Origin: a virus | Lineage: Duplodnaviria; Caudoviricetes | DNA length: 28,722 nucleotides | Virus record (IMG/VR): IMGVR_UViG_3300044305_000997 | Span: 1 to 28,722 of that record | Strand: one strand, 5' to 3' | Part shown: piece by piece, positions 16,791 to 26,003 of the stretch | Position numbering within the stretch: position 1 is the first letter of the stretch | Layout: the number at the start of each line of letters is the position of its first letter | Made by a program: the position numbers and the translations under genes | The notes under the pieces: model-generated | Database searches by the model: none | Told to the model about the DNA's origin: nothing | The model's input: only the letters and a program-made list of their open reading frames with translations

Positions 16791-17071
16791 AAATAAAAAA
16801 AGAAAATATTTTACTAAAAGCTAATGAAATAATATTTGGCAGAAAAGAAGAAAAGCAAAGGCAATATGGGCCTATAGATGAATCTATTAGTAAAGCCGCT
16901 AGAATGGCTTCAGAAATGTGTAATAAAGAAATAACCACTGAAGATTTTTATAAATGCGTAATAGCACTTAAAATGAGCAGGATGGCTTATAATACTAAAA
17001 AGGACACAATGTTAGATTGTGTTGGATATATTTCTGCTTTAGATTCTTATAAAAACGGGGGGTATGAATAA
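16787..17071 (+). CDS. DUF6378-like all-alpha protein (nucleotide-metabolism associated)
   Basis: IL..A.EII.G......YG, ALKMSR, D..LD..GY pattern; start moved to ATG 16787. Confidence 0.65.
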   Translation: MKIKKENILLKANEIIFGRKEEKQRQYGPIDESISKAARMASEMCNKEITTEDFYKCVIALKMSRMAYNTKKDTMLDCVGYISALDSYKNGGYE

Positions 17072-17819
17072 ATTTGAAAAAAGATATAAAAAATTATTAT
17101 TTAATTGTTTATATTCTGGAAATTTAACAGAGAATAGAACGGCTACAAAAACTTATAAGTTATTTAATAAAACTTTTAATATAAATTTAAATAAAGGGTT
17201 TCCAATAATAACAGGGAAAAAAGTATTTTTTAATAAAGCTTTAGCAGAATTTAAATGGATATATGAAGGAAGAACAGATTTAAAATATTTACATAATTAT
17301 AATATATATTGGTGGGATCAGTTTGCAAATAATAATAAATTAGGAAAAATATATGGACATCAAATAAGAAATTTTAATAATTCAATTGACCAAATAGAAT
17401 ATGTCAAAAAAGAAATATTAAATAATTCGAGGAGAGCTATAATTACATTATGGAATCCATCTGACCTACAAGATCAATCATTGCCATGTTGTTATACTCA
17501 TCTTAATTTTGTAAGAGTTAAAAATAAATTAAATATGATTATTTTTTTTAGAAGCTCAGATTTATTTTTAGGATTACCTTATGATATAATTTTTGCAGCA
17601 CTTTTTTTAAATACAATAGCAAAAGAAATTAAATTAATTCCAAACATCCTAGGAATAAATATAGCGGATGCTCATATATATGAATCGCATAAAAACCAAG
17701 TAATTAAATATCTTAATAATTCAATATATAAATTGCCGTCTTTAGAAGGAGAATATAATAATTATAATTTAAAAAACTATATAAGTAATAACTATATAAA
17801 AGCAGATTTAGTATTATGA
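17064..17819 (+). CDS. Thymidylate synthase superfamily protein (Asn-to-Asp specificity variant)
   Basis: NRT, EFKW, LGKIYGHQIR, SRRAI, LPCC, RSSDLFLGLPYD, HIY. Confidence 0.9.
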   Translation: MNKFEKRYKKLLFNCLYSGNLTENRTATKTYKLFNKTFNINLNKGFPIITGKKVFFNKALAEFKWIYEGRTDLKYLHNYNIYWWDQFANNNKLGKIYGHQIRNFNNSIDQIEYVKKEILNNSRRAIITLWNPSDLQDQSLPCCYTHLNFVRVKNKLNMIIFFRSSDLFLGLPYDIIFAALFLNTIAKEIKLIPNILGINIADAHIYESHKNQVIKYLNNSIYKLPSLEGEYNNYNLKNYISNNYIKADLVL

Positions 17820-18112
17820 ATTATTTTAATAAAATACGAGAATGGGCAAAGCTTAAAAATATATTAGACAAAGGAAATATTAAAACTCAATATATAAAAT
17901 TACAAGAAGAATCAGGAGAACTGGCTGAAGCAATATTAACCAATAATAAAAAAGAAATAAAAGACGCTGTAGGGGATATGATAGTAGTGTTAACATCATT
18001 AAGTTATTTTGGAGGATTTTCAATTGAAGAAGCAATTGAATCAGCTTATAGTGAAATTAAAAATAGAAAAGGTAAAATAATTAATAATACATTTGTAAAA
18101 AATAAAGAATGA
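17816..18112 (+). CDS. MazG-like nucleotide pyrophosphohydrolase
   Basis: KLQEESGELAEA...KDAVGD; AYSEIKNRKG. Confidence 0.85.
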   Translation: MNYFNKIREWAKLKNILDKGNIKTQYIKLQEESGELAEAILTNNKKEIKDAVGDMIVVLTSLSYFGGFSIEEAIESAYSEIKNRKGKIINNTFVKNKE

Positions 18113-19134
18113 GAATAGTAGCTAAAAAACCATCATGGAAACATATCACTTTTAGAACACCTAAAATAAATTTTAACAACTGGGCAAAAAACGGAATAAC
18201 AATAAGAATAAAAGATAAAGAATATATTTTTAAAGATCCCAACGAAATCCATCAATTAAATGTATGTATAAATCCTTCATTCCACGGCAACGATTCTTGT
18301 TATATAACAATCCCTGAATTAAAAAGTATATATAAAAAAAGTAAAAGAAAAAATACAATACAATTATTAAATGGTAAATTATATGATAAAAAAGAATTAT
18401 TAAATAAAATGTATGATGATGGTTTTTATTATGGAGAATTAGGAAAACACGCTTTAAGTTCTTCTGCAATTAAATATTTATTAGATTCTCCTAAAAGTTA
18501 TGCAAGGAGTTTAAATTTTTCTACAGATTCATCAGCTTTTAAAATGGGTAGATTAATACACCTAGCAGCATTAGAGCCTGAAAAAATAGAATCACTATGT
18601 CATATAGTAGAGGTACAATCCGCTGTAACAAAAGCATATAAAGATAAAGTAAAAGAAGTTGGAAGTAATCAGTTTGTATTTACTAGGAAAGAATATGATA
18701 AAGCAATGTATGTAGTAGATGCTTTATTACAAAACGATATATGGCAAGAGCTTACTAGAGATGCTTCTTTTGAAATACCGGCTTTTGATATTATTAATGG
18801 TTATCCATTTAGAGCGAAAGCAGATATACTAGGGAATGATTATATGGCTGACCTGAAAACATGTTCCGATTTAAAAGCGTTCCCTTATTCAGCTCGAAAA
18901 TATAATTATGACGTACAAGTTTACTTGTATTGTTCTATATTTAAAGTACCTTATGATAAATTTTTCTTTTTTGCAATTGATAAGTCAACAGGGGATTTAG
19001 GCTATTACGATGTTAGTAAAGACTTTTATAATTCAGGAAAAGACAAAGTAGAGTATGCATTAAAAATATATGAAACATATTTTGTAAAACAAGATCAACA
19101 ATTAAACGAATATATAATTAAAGGTACATTATGA
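18109..19134 (+). CDS. RecE/exonuclease VIII-like PD-(D/E)XK nuclease with N-terminal extension
   Basis: LSSSAIK, G...H...LEP, KAD, DLKT, Y..Q...Y. Confidence 0.8.
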   Translation: MRIVAKKPSWKHITFRTPKINFNNWAKNGITIRIKDKEYIFKDPNEIHQLNVCINPSFHGNDSCYITIPELKSIYKKSKRKNTIQLLNGKLYDKKELLNKMYDDGFYYGELGKHALSSSAIKYLLDSPKSYARSLNFSTDSSAFKMGRLIHLAALEPEKIESLCHIVEVQSAVTKAYKDKVKEVGSNQFVFTRKEYDKAMYVVDALLQNDIWQELTRDASFEIPAFDIINGYPFRAKADILGNDYMADLKTCSDLKAFPYSARKYNYDVQVYLYCSIFKVPYDKFFFFAIDKSTGDLGYYDVSKDFYNSGKDKVEYALKIYETYFVKQDQQLNEYIIKGTL

Positions 19135-19526
19135 TAAAAGCAAAACAAATAGCCGAATACTTAACAGATATATCAGGGGTAAATGTTTTTGAGAATAGCA
19201 GGAAACGAGCTAACGTAGAAACAAGAAGCCTATTAACCTTTATATTAAGAAACCAATTTAGCATGGGTTATCACGATATAAAAAAATTCTATGAGTCTAA
19301 TGACAAAGATTATGACCATGCAACAGCAATATATAGTTATAAAAGTTTTGAAACGCATAGAAAATATAATCCTAAATTAAATAAGTATTTAGACTTAGTG
19401 CTTCTTAAATTAAAAGATAAATCAAAATTACAAAAAGCATTAATCAATCATATAGTTGATAATACACTTAAAGGGGATTTAAAGAAAGTATTAAAATTAG
19501 TAGATAGCCTACCTATAAATGAATAG
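19131..19526 (+). CDS. DNA-binding protein with DnaA C-terminal-like HTH
   Basis: SRKR..VE.R and DHATAIYS resemble the DnaA domain IV motif DHTTV. Confidence 0.6.
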   Translation: MIKAKQIAEYLTDISGVNVFENSRKRANVETRSLLTFILRNQFSMGYHDIKKFYESNDKDYDHATAIYSYKSFETHRKYNPKLNKYLDLVLLKLKDKSKLQKALINHIVDNTLKGDLKKVLKLVDSLPINE

Positions 19527-19540
19527 AACAACATAAGGCA

Positions 19541-19565
19541 CAAAAAAGATTATTCTAGCGTTATA
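19541..19565 (+). promoter_or_regulatory. Putative late promoter CAAA-N14-CGTTATA upstream of the terminase genes
   Basis: Repeated motif with identical spacing. Confidence 0.7.
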
Positions 19566-19567
19566 TA

Positions 19568-19581
19568 ATTGATTAATCAAT
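19568..19581. repeat. Perfect 14 bp palindrome ATTGATTAATCAAT
   Basis: Read directly from the sequence; lies between the promoter and the terS ATG. Confidence 0.85.
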
Positions 19582-19592
19582 CTTTTTCAATT

Positions 19593-19859
19593 ATGGATAA
19601 GCGTATAAACAATGGAGGAGCAAGAAACGGAGCAGGAAGAAAACCTAAAGCAGATGAGCTTAAACTAGCAGAGAAACTAGATACTTTAATAGATAGTGAT
19701 ATTGTAGTTAAGAAGCTAGGAGAGTTGTTAGCTAAAGGCGACATGCGAGCCTTACAACTATACTTCAATTATAGATATGGCAGACCAAAAGAAAAGATTG
19801 ATATTAATTCTTCTGAAGGATTAAATATAAACTTTAAAGACCTAATCAAATTTAAGTGA
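19593..19859 (+). CDS. Probable terminase small subunit
   Basis: NGGARNGAGRK, YRYGRP; GTGA coupling to terL; ATG 19593 preferred. Confidence 0.7.
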   Translation: MDKRINNGGARNGAGRKPKADELKLAEKLDTLIDSDIVVKKLGELLAKGDMRALQLYFNYRYGRPKEKIDINSSEGLNINFKDLIKFK

Positions 19860-21061
19860 TTGAATTAAATGAAAAATATTCTACACTAGGAGATGATTCA
19901 AGATATTATGTAGTTACAGGAGGTAGAGCTTCTGGTAAATCTTTCTCAGTTAACTTAATGTTAGTCCTGTTAACCTATGAGGCTAATCATACAATCTTAT
20001 TTACTCGTTATACATTAACCTCCGCTTATGTTTCTATTATACCAGAGTTTATTGAAAAGATAGAGATGTTAAATAAGTTTGATGACTTCCATATAACAAA
20101 AGATGAAATAATAAACATTAGGTCTGGAAGCAAGATAGTATTTAAAGGAATCAAGACTTCTAGTGGAGATCAAACAGCTAATCTTAAATCTATTACAGGT
20201 GTTACTACTTGGGTATTAGATGAAGCGGAGGAACTAACAGACGAGGAAACCTTTGATAAGATAGACCTAACAATAAGGGAAACTAAAAACCAGAACAGAA
20301 TAATATTAATCTTAAACCCTACAACCAAAGAGCATTGGTTATATCAAAGATTCTTTGAAGATAAAGGAATACAGGAAGGAAGCAACACACGAAAAGATAA
20401 TACTACTTATATTCACACTACCTATAAAGACAATTTAGAAAACTTATCTAAATCATTTGTAAAACAAATAGAAAGCATTAAAATACGCAGACCATTAAAA
20501 TACAAGCATGCAATAATGGGAGGTTGGTTAGATAAAGCTGAAGGCGTTATATTTAAAGATTGGTCTATTGGAGAGTTCAAAAAAACAGGAGTAAGTGTAT
20601 GGGGTCAAGATTATGGTTTTAGTAATGATCCTAGCACCCTTATAGAGACTAATATAGACACTTCTAACAAACGAATATACTTAAAAGAGTGCTTTTACTT
20701 ACCCAGCTTAACAACAAGCGAAATAACACGCTTAAATCAACAGCATACTAAAGGAGGTTTAATAATAGCAGATTCAGCAGAACCTAGACTAATAAGCGAG
20801 ATACGATCAAACGGATGTAATATAAAACCAAGCGTAAAAGGACAAGGGAGCGTAACATACGGAATATCCCTACTACAAGACTACGACTTAATAATAGATG
20901 AGAATAGTATCAATCTAATTAAAGAACTAAACAACTACGCATGGCTTGAAAGAAAATCAAATACACCTATTGATAAATTCAACCATTTAATAGATGCAAT
21001 ACGCTATGCTGTTACCTTTCAATTAAAGAATCCTAATAGAGGTAAATACATAATTCAATAG
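19856..21061 (+). CDS. terL: Terminase large subunit (PBSX/SPP1-like)
   Basis: GGRASGKS, VLDEAEE, LNP, GQDYG..NDP, ADSAEP, NHLIDAIRY. Confidence 0.95.
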   Translation: MIELNEKYSTLGDDSRYYVVTGGRASGKSFSVNLMLVLLTYEANHTILFTRYTLTSAYVSIIPEFIEKIEMLNKFDDFHITKDEIINIRSGSKIVFKGIKTSSGDQTANLKSITGVTTWVLDEAEELTDEETFDKIDLTIRETKNQNRIILILNPTTKEHWLYQRFFEDKGIQEGSNTRKDNTTYIHTTYKDNLENLSKSFVKQIESIKIRRPLKYKHAIMGGWLDKAEGVIFKDWSIGEFKKTGVSVWGQDYGFSNDPSTLIETNIDTSNKRIYLKECFYLPSLTTSEITRLNQQHTKGGLIIADSAEPRLISEIRSNGCNIKPSVKGQGSVTYGISLLQDYDLIIDENSINLIKELNNYAWLERKSNTPIDKFNHLIDAIRYAVTFQLKNPNRGKYIIQ

Positions 21062-21065
21062 TTTC

Positions 21066-21090
21066 TAAAACTTTTTATTTTTTCGTTATA
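21066..21090 (+). promoter_or_regulatory. Putative late promoter TAAA-N14-CGTTATA, 5 nt before ATG 21096
   Basis: Repeated motif with identical spacing. Confidence 0.7.
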
Positions 21091-21095
21091 TATAT

Positions 21096-21746
21096 ATGCA
21101 AGCAGAAATATTAGTGCCTGACACTTTAAGCGAAATAACATTAGAACAATATCAGAAGTTTTTAAAGATACAAGAGAACAACGAGGATGAAACATTTTTA
21201 GCTATTAAAATGATAGAGATATTTTGCGGAATAAGAGGCGATACAATAATGAAAATGAAAGCATCTAGTATTAGAGATATTACTGGAATCCTTACAGATA
21301 TGTTTAATCAGAAGCCCCCACTTGTAAGAGAATTTACTATGAAAGGAAAAGAATATGGATTTATTCCTAAACTGGAGGATATGAGCTTTGGAGAGTATGT
21401 AGATTTAGATACTTACATGGGAGATATAGAAAACATACATAAAGCTATGGCAGTTCTTTATAGACCTATAACACAAAAACATAATGATAAATATTTAATA
21501 GAAGAATACGAAGGGGAGAATGAGCAGATAATGTTAGATATGCCAATGGATGCTGTACTTAGTTCTATTATTTTTTTTTACAATTTAGGGATGGACTTAT
21601 CGAAAGCTATGCTGAACTCTTTACAACAGGAGGAGAACAAGGATTTAGTGCAACAGCTAACTTTGGAAAAAAATGGGGATGGTATCAATCAATTTTCGGA
21701 CTCGCTCAGGGAGATATTAGACGGATTGAAGATATCACTAAATTAA
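21096..21746 (+). CDS. Probable tail assembly chaperone (G-like)
   Basis: Acidic 216 aa ORF with an internal slippery T9 run and an overlapping -1 frame. Confidence 0.6.
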   Translation: MQAEILVPDTLSEITLEQYQKFLKIQENNEDETFLAIKMIEIFCGIRGDTIMKMKASSIRDITGILTDMFNQKPPLVREFTMKGKEYGFIPKLEDMSFGEYVDLDTYMGDIENIHKAMAVLYRPITQKHNDKYLIEEYEGENEQIMLDMPMDAVLSSIIFFYNLGMDLSKAMLNSLQQEENKDLVQQLTLEKNGDGINQFSDSLREILDGLKISLN

Positions 21747-21835
21747 ATATACACGAATGTTTATACGCATTAAGTTTTATGAAAGAGAAAGCAGAACTAG
21801 AATCAAAAAATATAAAAAGCAAATTTAACAAATGA
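21578..21835 (+). CDS. -1 frameshift extension (GT-like), 85 aa
   Basis: LQFRDGLIESYAELF...KKWGWYQSIFGLAQGDI...FMKEKAELESK...; the frame opens just before T TTT TTT and its stop is ATGA-coupled to the next gene. Confidence 0.75.
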   Translation, partial: LQFRDGLIESYAELFTTGGEQGFSATANFGKKWGWYQSIFGLAQGDIRRIEDITKLNIHECLYALSFMKEKAELESKNIKSKFNK

Positions 21836-22305
21836 GCAATCAGGGAGTAAGAGGATTTTACCAAATTACAGAAACATTAAAAACACAGCTACTAGCTGAT
21901 GAGAATGTTAATACTGTAACAACAGGAGATATTACTGAAATAGATTTATCTAAACAAACAATATTCCCTTTAGCTCATATTATTATTAATAGCGTTACAA
22001 TACAAGAACAAGTATTGCAATTTAATATTAGTGTTCTGGCTATGGATATTGTAGATCAAAGCAAAGAAGCGACAACCGATATATTCAGAGGTAACAATAA
22101 TGAGCAAGATATATTAAATACTCAGCTTGCAGTAGTAAACAAATTATTAGGAGTATTAAGACAAGGAACAATACATTTAAATCAATATCAATTAGTAAGT
22201 GAAGGCTCATGCGAGTTCTTTTATGATAGATTTGAAAATGAGATGGCAGGGGTAGCCTGTACCTTTGATGTATATGTAGCAAACGATATAAACTTATGCA
22301 GTTAA
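21832..22305 (+). CDS. Probable tail terminator / tail completion protein
   Basis: 157 aa acidic alpha/beta protein (FPLAHI) in the tail block. Confidence 0.5.
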   Translation: MSNQGVRGFYQITETLKTQLLADENVNTVTTGDITEIDLSKQTIFPLAHIIINSVTIQEQVLQFNISVLAMDIVDQSKEATTDIFRGNNNEQDILNTQLAVVNKLLGVLRQGTIHLNQYQLVSEGSCEFFYDRFENEMAGVACTFDVYVANDINLCS

Positions 22306-22817
22306 AAGAAGTTAGAGCACAATTAAGAAGATTTGCTAAAGAGGTTATAAAACAAGCTAGAACAAATTTAACTAGAAAAAAGAAAGTAGTTACTAGAGAA
22401 TTATATAATAGTTTGGAATATCAATTAAATGAAACGCCAGATGCTATTAATGTGGATTTTTTTATGGAGGACTATGGTCTCTTTCAAGACAAAGGAGTAA
22501 GTGGTAAAAAAGTTAAATATGGAACGCCTTATAGTTATACAACTAAGATGCCTCCTCCTAGTGCTTTAGACAAATGGATAGTAAGAAGAAATATAAAAGG
22601 GATAAGAGATAAAAAAGGGAAATTTATAAAAAGAAAAAACCTGCAATTTATGATAGCTCGATCAATATTTATGAAAGGTATAAAACCGACATTGTTTTTT
22701 ACTAAACCATTTGAAAGATATTATGATAAATTAAGAACTGATTTACCAAGACAATTTGCAGCCGATACAGAGAATAGTTGGAGATTTTTATTTAACACAC
22801 AAAAAGGAAACGAGTAA
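22296..22817 (+). CDS. Probable neck / tail completion protein
   Basis: Basic protein; YG.F.DKG, PP...L..W, IARSI..KGIKP..F. Confidence 0.55.
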   Translation: MQLKEVRAQLRRFAKEVIKQARTNLTRKKKVVTRELYNSLEYQLNETPDAINVDFFMEDYGLFQDKGVSGKKVKYGTPYSYTTKMPPPSALDKWIVRRNIKGIRDKKGKFIKRKNLQFMIARSIFMKGIKPTLFFTKPFERYYDKLRTDLPRQFAADTENSWRFLFNTQKGNE

Positions 22818-23785
22818 TGGCATATATATTTTTAAGAAGTCCGTATTTTTTAACTATTACTACAGGTTCACACTTGTCAGCGAAATTAGCATTAACTGTT
22901 GATGGTACATTGAGATATACAATAATTAAAAATGCTACCTCAAATAGAACAGTATTTGAAATAGCTTCTTTAGCAAGAGATTATTATGTTCCTGATTATG
23001 GAGGAGCAGCAGGAGCAACACTAGATACGGTTGCAATTTCAGCTACTTGGTATGCTTATGATGCAGTAGATGGAGGAGGAAGTCAATTAGCAACAGCAAC
23101 AGTAACTCATACAGGATTTGAAGGTTATTCAGATTTTTGGGATGGCGTAGCAGGAAACGATATTGATCCAGATGATTTTGAATTAACTAACACAGGAGGT
23201 AGTAGCATAATATACCTCCCTGATAATACAGCTTCTTTTGCTTATGATATGAACTCAGGAACAGCAACTAAAGCAACCATTAGCACCTCTGCTTCAAGTG
23301 TAGCTGCAACTAGTGGTAATTATACTTGGACTATTGAAAGAATATGTAGTCCTAAATATACTCCTGTAAAAATGAGATTTATAAATAAGAATGGAACACC
23401 ACAAGATCAATACTTCTTTCTAAAATCTTCTAAAACAATATCTGCAAAATCAGAAAGTTTTAAAAGAAATATATTTACTTATTCTTCTACAAGCTATGAT
23501 TCTAAAGACCATCAAAAACAAACCTTTAATAAAAATGGGAGTTATAGATATACTTTAAATACAGATTATATATCAGAGGCTTATGTAGCAGTCATGCAAG
23601 ATATTGTATTAAGCGAATATGTATGGATTTATACAAGTGGATCAACAAGTTTAACTGAAGGATATTATAGACCTGTTAATGTAGTTAGTAATTCACTCGT
23701 TTGGAAGTCATCATTAAACGATAAACTAATCCAATATACATTAGAGGTTGAAGATGCAAACGATTACATTAACAATATATTATAA
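22817..23785 (+). CDS. Tail/baseplate structural protein
   Basis: Beta-rich Thr/Ser composition; translationally coupled on both sides. Confidence 0.55.
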   Translation: MAYIFLRSPYFLTITTGSHLSAKLALTVDGTLRYTIIKNATSNRTVFEIASLARDYYVPDYGGAAGATLDTVAISATWYAYDAVDGGGSQLATATVTHTGFEGYSDFWDGVAGNDIDPDDFELTNTGGSSIIYLPDNTASFAYDMNSGTATKATISTSASSVAATSGNYTWTIERICSPKYTPVKMRFINKNGTPQDQYFFLKSSKTISAKSESFKRNIFTYSSTSYDSKDHQKQTFNKNGSYRYTLNTDYISEAYVAVMQDIVLSEYVWIYTSGSTSLTEGYYRPVNVVSNSLVWKSSLNDKLIQYTLEVEDANDYINNIL

Positions 23786-25860
23786 TGAAGCGTGAAGTAC
23801 AATTATATATATCAGATACCAGAGTAGATTTATTTAAAGATGAAACAATAAGTCTTACTGATACTATTCAAAATGTAAGAGATATATCAAAAGTATTTGC
23901 AACTTTTACTAAAACATTTACGCTTCCTGCTTCTTCTACTAATAATAAACTATTTAAGCATTATTATAATTTTAATATTCGTAATGCCTCCGATACTAGC
24001 CAGAGTGCTTTTGATGCAAGAAAAAAAGTAACAGCAAGAATCGAAATAAATCTAGTTCCTTTTAAAGATGGTAAAATAAAACTAGAAGGAGTTGATATGA
24101 AAAACAACCAACCTTATGCTTATAGAGTTACTTTCTTTGGAAATACTGTAGACATTAAAGATACTCTAGGCGAAGATAAGTTATCTGCCTTAACTGATTT
24201 AAGTAGTTTAAATAAAGACTATGATGCAGGTACTTTAAAAACCTATCTAACTACAAACCCGTCTTCTTCTGATATTATAGTACCATTAATTACTCATACT
24301 CAAAGATTATATTTTGATTCAGGAGAAACAACAGCAGATACAGGTAATCTTGCCACTACATCAAACACGCATGGAGTAAGATTTGATAATTTAAAATATG
24401 CAATCAGAGTACATAACATAATAGAAGCTATACAATCTCAATACGCAGATATTACATTTTCATCTGATTTTTTTACAGAAACAAGTAACGATCAATATTC
24501 TAAATTATTTATGTGGTGTCATAGAAAAAAAGGGAATGTTGAAAGCGGATCACAAGTTACGGACTATCCTAATTTAGCTACAGGATGGAGTGCAGGAGCT
24601 GGAACTGGAGGTAGCTCAATATTATCAAATCAAAATACTTTACGAATTACAGAAGATAATCAGACATTTGGAACTGCTTTTACTTTTTATTTAAATGAAG
24701 CATCAGGAAGTGGTACTTATGATTTGCTAATTGAAAGAAATGGATCAAGTTATTATAATCAAAACGGAATAACAGGAGATACTACAATTAATCTTTATAG
24801 TTTAAATGGAAGTCAAGTAGAACAAGGAGATTATACTGTAACAATAACAGTAACCTCAGCAGTTACTTTTACAGCTTTAGTTTGGACTGTTACATCTCAA
24901 GAGCCGTCTGAATCTGCTATTACAGATGCTTATAGTACAGGATTTACAGCAGCGGCAACATTTGAATTTAATGTACCTCAACAATTACCTGATATTAAAG
25001 TAATAGATTTTCTAGCTGGTTTATTTAAGATGTTTAATTTAACTGCTTTTGTAAACAACACTGGAACAATGGTAGTTAAAACTTTAGACAGCTATTATTC
25101 AGGAGGAGCAACATACGACATAACAGAACATGTAAATATAGAACAAAGTCAAGTTAATGTAGCTTTACCATTTAAACAAATAGACTTTGGCTATGAAGAA
25201 ACTGAAACATTTTTTGCAGCAATACACGATCAATTATTTGGTCAACAATGGGGTACTATAAAATGGAATGAGCAAGATTCTAATTTAGACGGAAGTGTAT
25301 ATAAAGTAGAACTACCATTTGAGCATCAAAAATATGAAAGGCTAATTGATATTGACGATAGCTCTAGTACGACTATTCAATGGGGATGGAGTGTTGATGA
25401 CAATCAAGATTCATATATAGGTAAACCATTATTATTTTATCCGATATATAATTCTATGAGTGCTAATAATATTAGTTACATATCTGCTATAAATGCAGAT
25501 CAGACTTTTCAAACAGAAGAAACAATTTCTGGAAGTATTAACATACCTAGTAATGCTGTGGCTTTAGCATCAGGCACAAGTACAGCTAATATTAATTTTA
25601 ATAATGAGCCAAACGAATATACAGGGGATGAAACTTTTACAGGTACTTTATTTAAAAACTATTATTCAAGTTATATTTCTACTGTATTTGATGGAAGGAA
25701 TAGATTAACAAAAGTAAAAGCAAAATTACCCATGAATATTTTACTTAACTATACATTGGCAGATAAATTTAGAATAGGGGGTTCAACATATAGAATAAAT
25801 AGTATAACAACAAACCTAACAACAGGCGAAGCAGATATAGAATTATTAAATATAACATAA
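23785..25860 (+). CDS. Large tail tip / baseplate hub protein
   Basis: 691 aa; VDLF, FTKTFTLPAS..NN; located before the tape measure gene. Confidence 0.55.
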   Translation: MKREVQLYISDTRVDLFKDETISLTDTIQNVRDISKVFATFTKTFTLPASSTNNKLFKHYYNFNIRNASDTSQSAFDARKKVTARIEINLVPFKDGKIKLEGVDMKNNQPYAYRVTFFGNTVDIKDTLGEDKLSALTDLSSLNKDYDAGTLKTYLTTNPSSSDIIVPLITHTQRLYFDSGETTADTGNLATTSNTHGVRFDNLKYAIRVHNIIEAIQSQYADITFSSDFFTETSNDQYSKLFMWCHRKKGNVESGSQVTDYPNLATGWSAGAGTGGSSILSNQNTLRITEDNQTFGTAFTFYLNEASGSGTYDLLIERNGSSYYNQNGITGDTTINLYSLNGSQVEQGDYTVTITVTSAVTFTALVWTVTSQEPSESAITDAYSTGFTAAATFEFNVPQQLPDIKVIDFLAGLFKMFNLTAFVNNTGTMVVKTLDSYYSGGATYDITEHVNIEQSQVNVALPFKQIDFGYEETETFFAAIHDQLFGQQWGTIKWNEQDSNLDGSVYKVELPFEHQKYERLIDIDDSSSTTIQWGWSVDDNQDSYIGKPLLFYPIYNSMSANNISYISAINADQTFQTEETISGSINIPSNAVALASGTSTANINFNNEPNEYTGDETFTGTLFKNYYSSYISTVFDGRNRLTKVKAKLPMNILLNYTLADKFRIGGSTYRINSITTNLTTGEADIELLNIT

Positions 25861-26003
25861 TGATAAAAAATATATTAGAGATATTACCTTTTGTACAAGG
25901 AGGAACAGAATTAATAGAGATAGCTAAAGGAAAATATAAATATCCTGAGACCTATAGAGAAACATTTAAACTAATAAGAAAAGAGTTATGGCACAAAAAT
26001 TAA
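25860..26003 (+). CDS. Small hypothetical protein (47 aa), not in ORF track
   Basis: TAATG coupling; MIKNILEILPF...IEIAKGKYKYP... Confidence 0.65.
   Translation: MIKNILEILPFVQGGTELIEIAKGKYKYPETYRETFKLIRKELWHKN

Noticed and set aside
17064-17819. Gene symbol thyA
   Set aside because: The specificity residue is Asp rather than Asn, so canonical dTMP synthase activity is not assured.
8926-19592. Track start sites 8926, 15090, 15505, 16712 and 19569
   Set aside because: Downstream ATGs (8980, 15129, 15535, 16787, 19593) fit gene packing and promoter positions better.
5405-20551. Intragenic CGTTATA at 5405, 14313, 20006 and 20545
   Set aside because: They lie inside coding sequence, lack a YAAA at the fixed distance and have no ATG 5 nt downstream. 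The 14313 copy (GAAA upstream, about 200 nt before the sigma gene) cannot be fully excluded.
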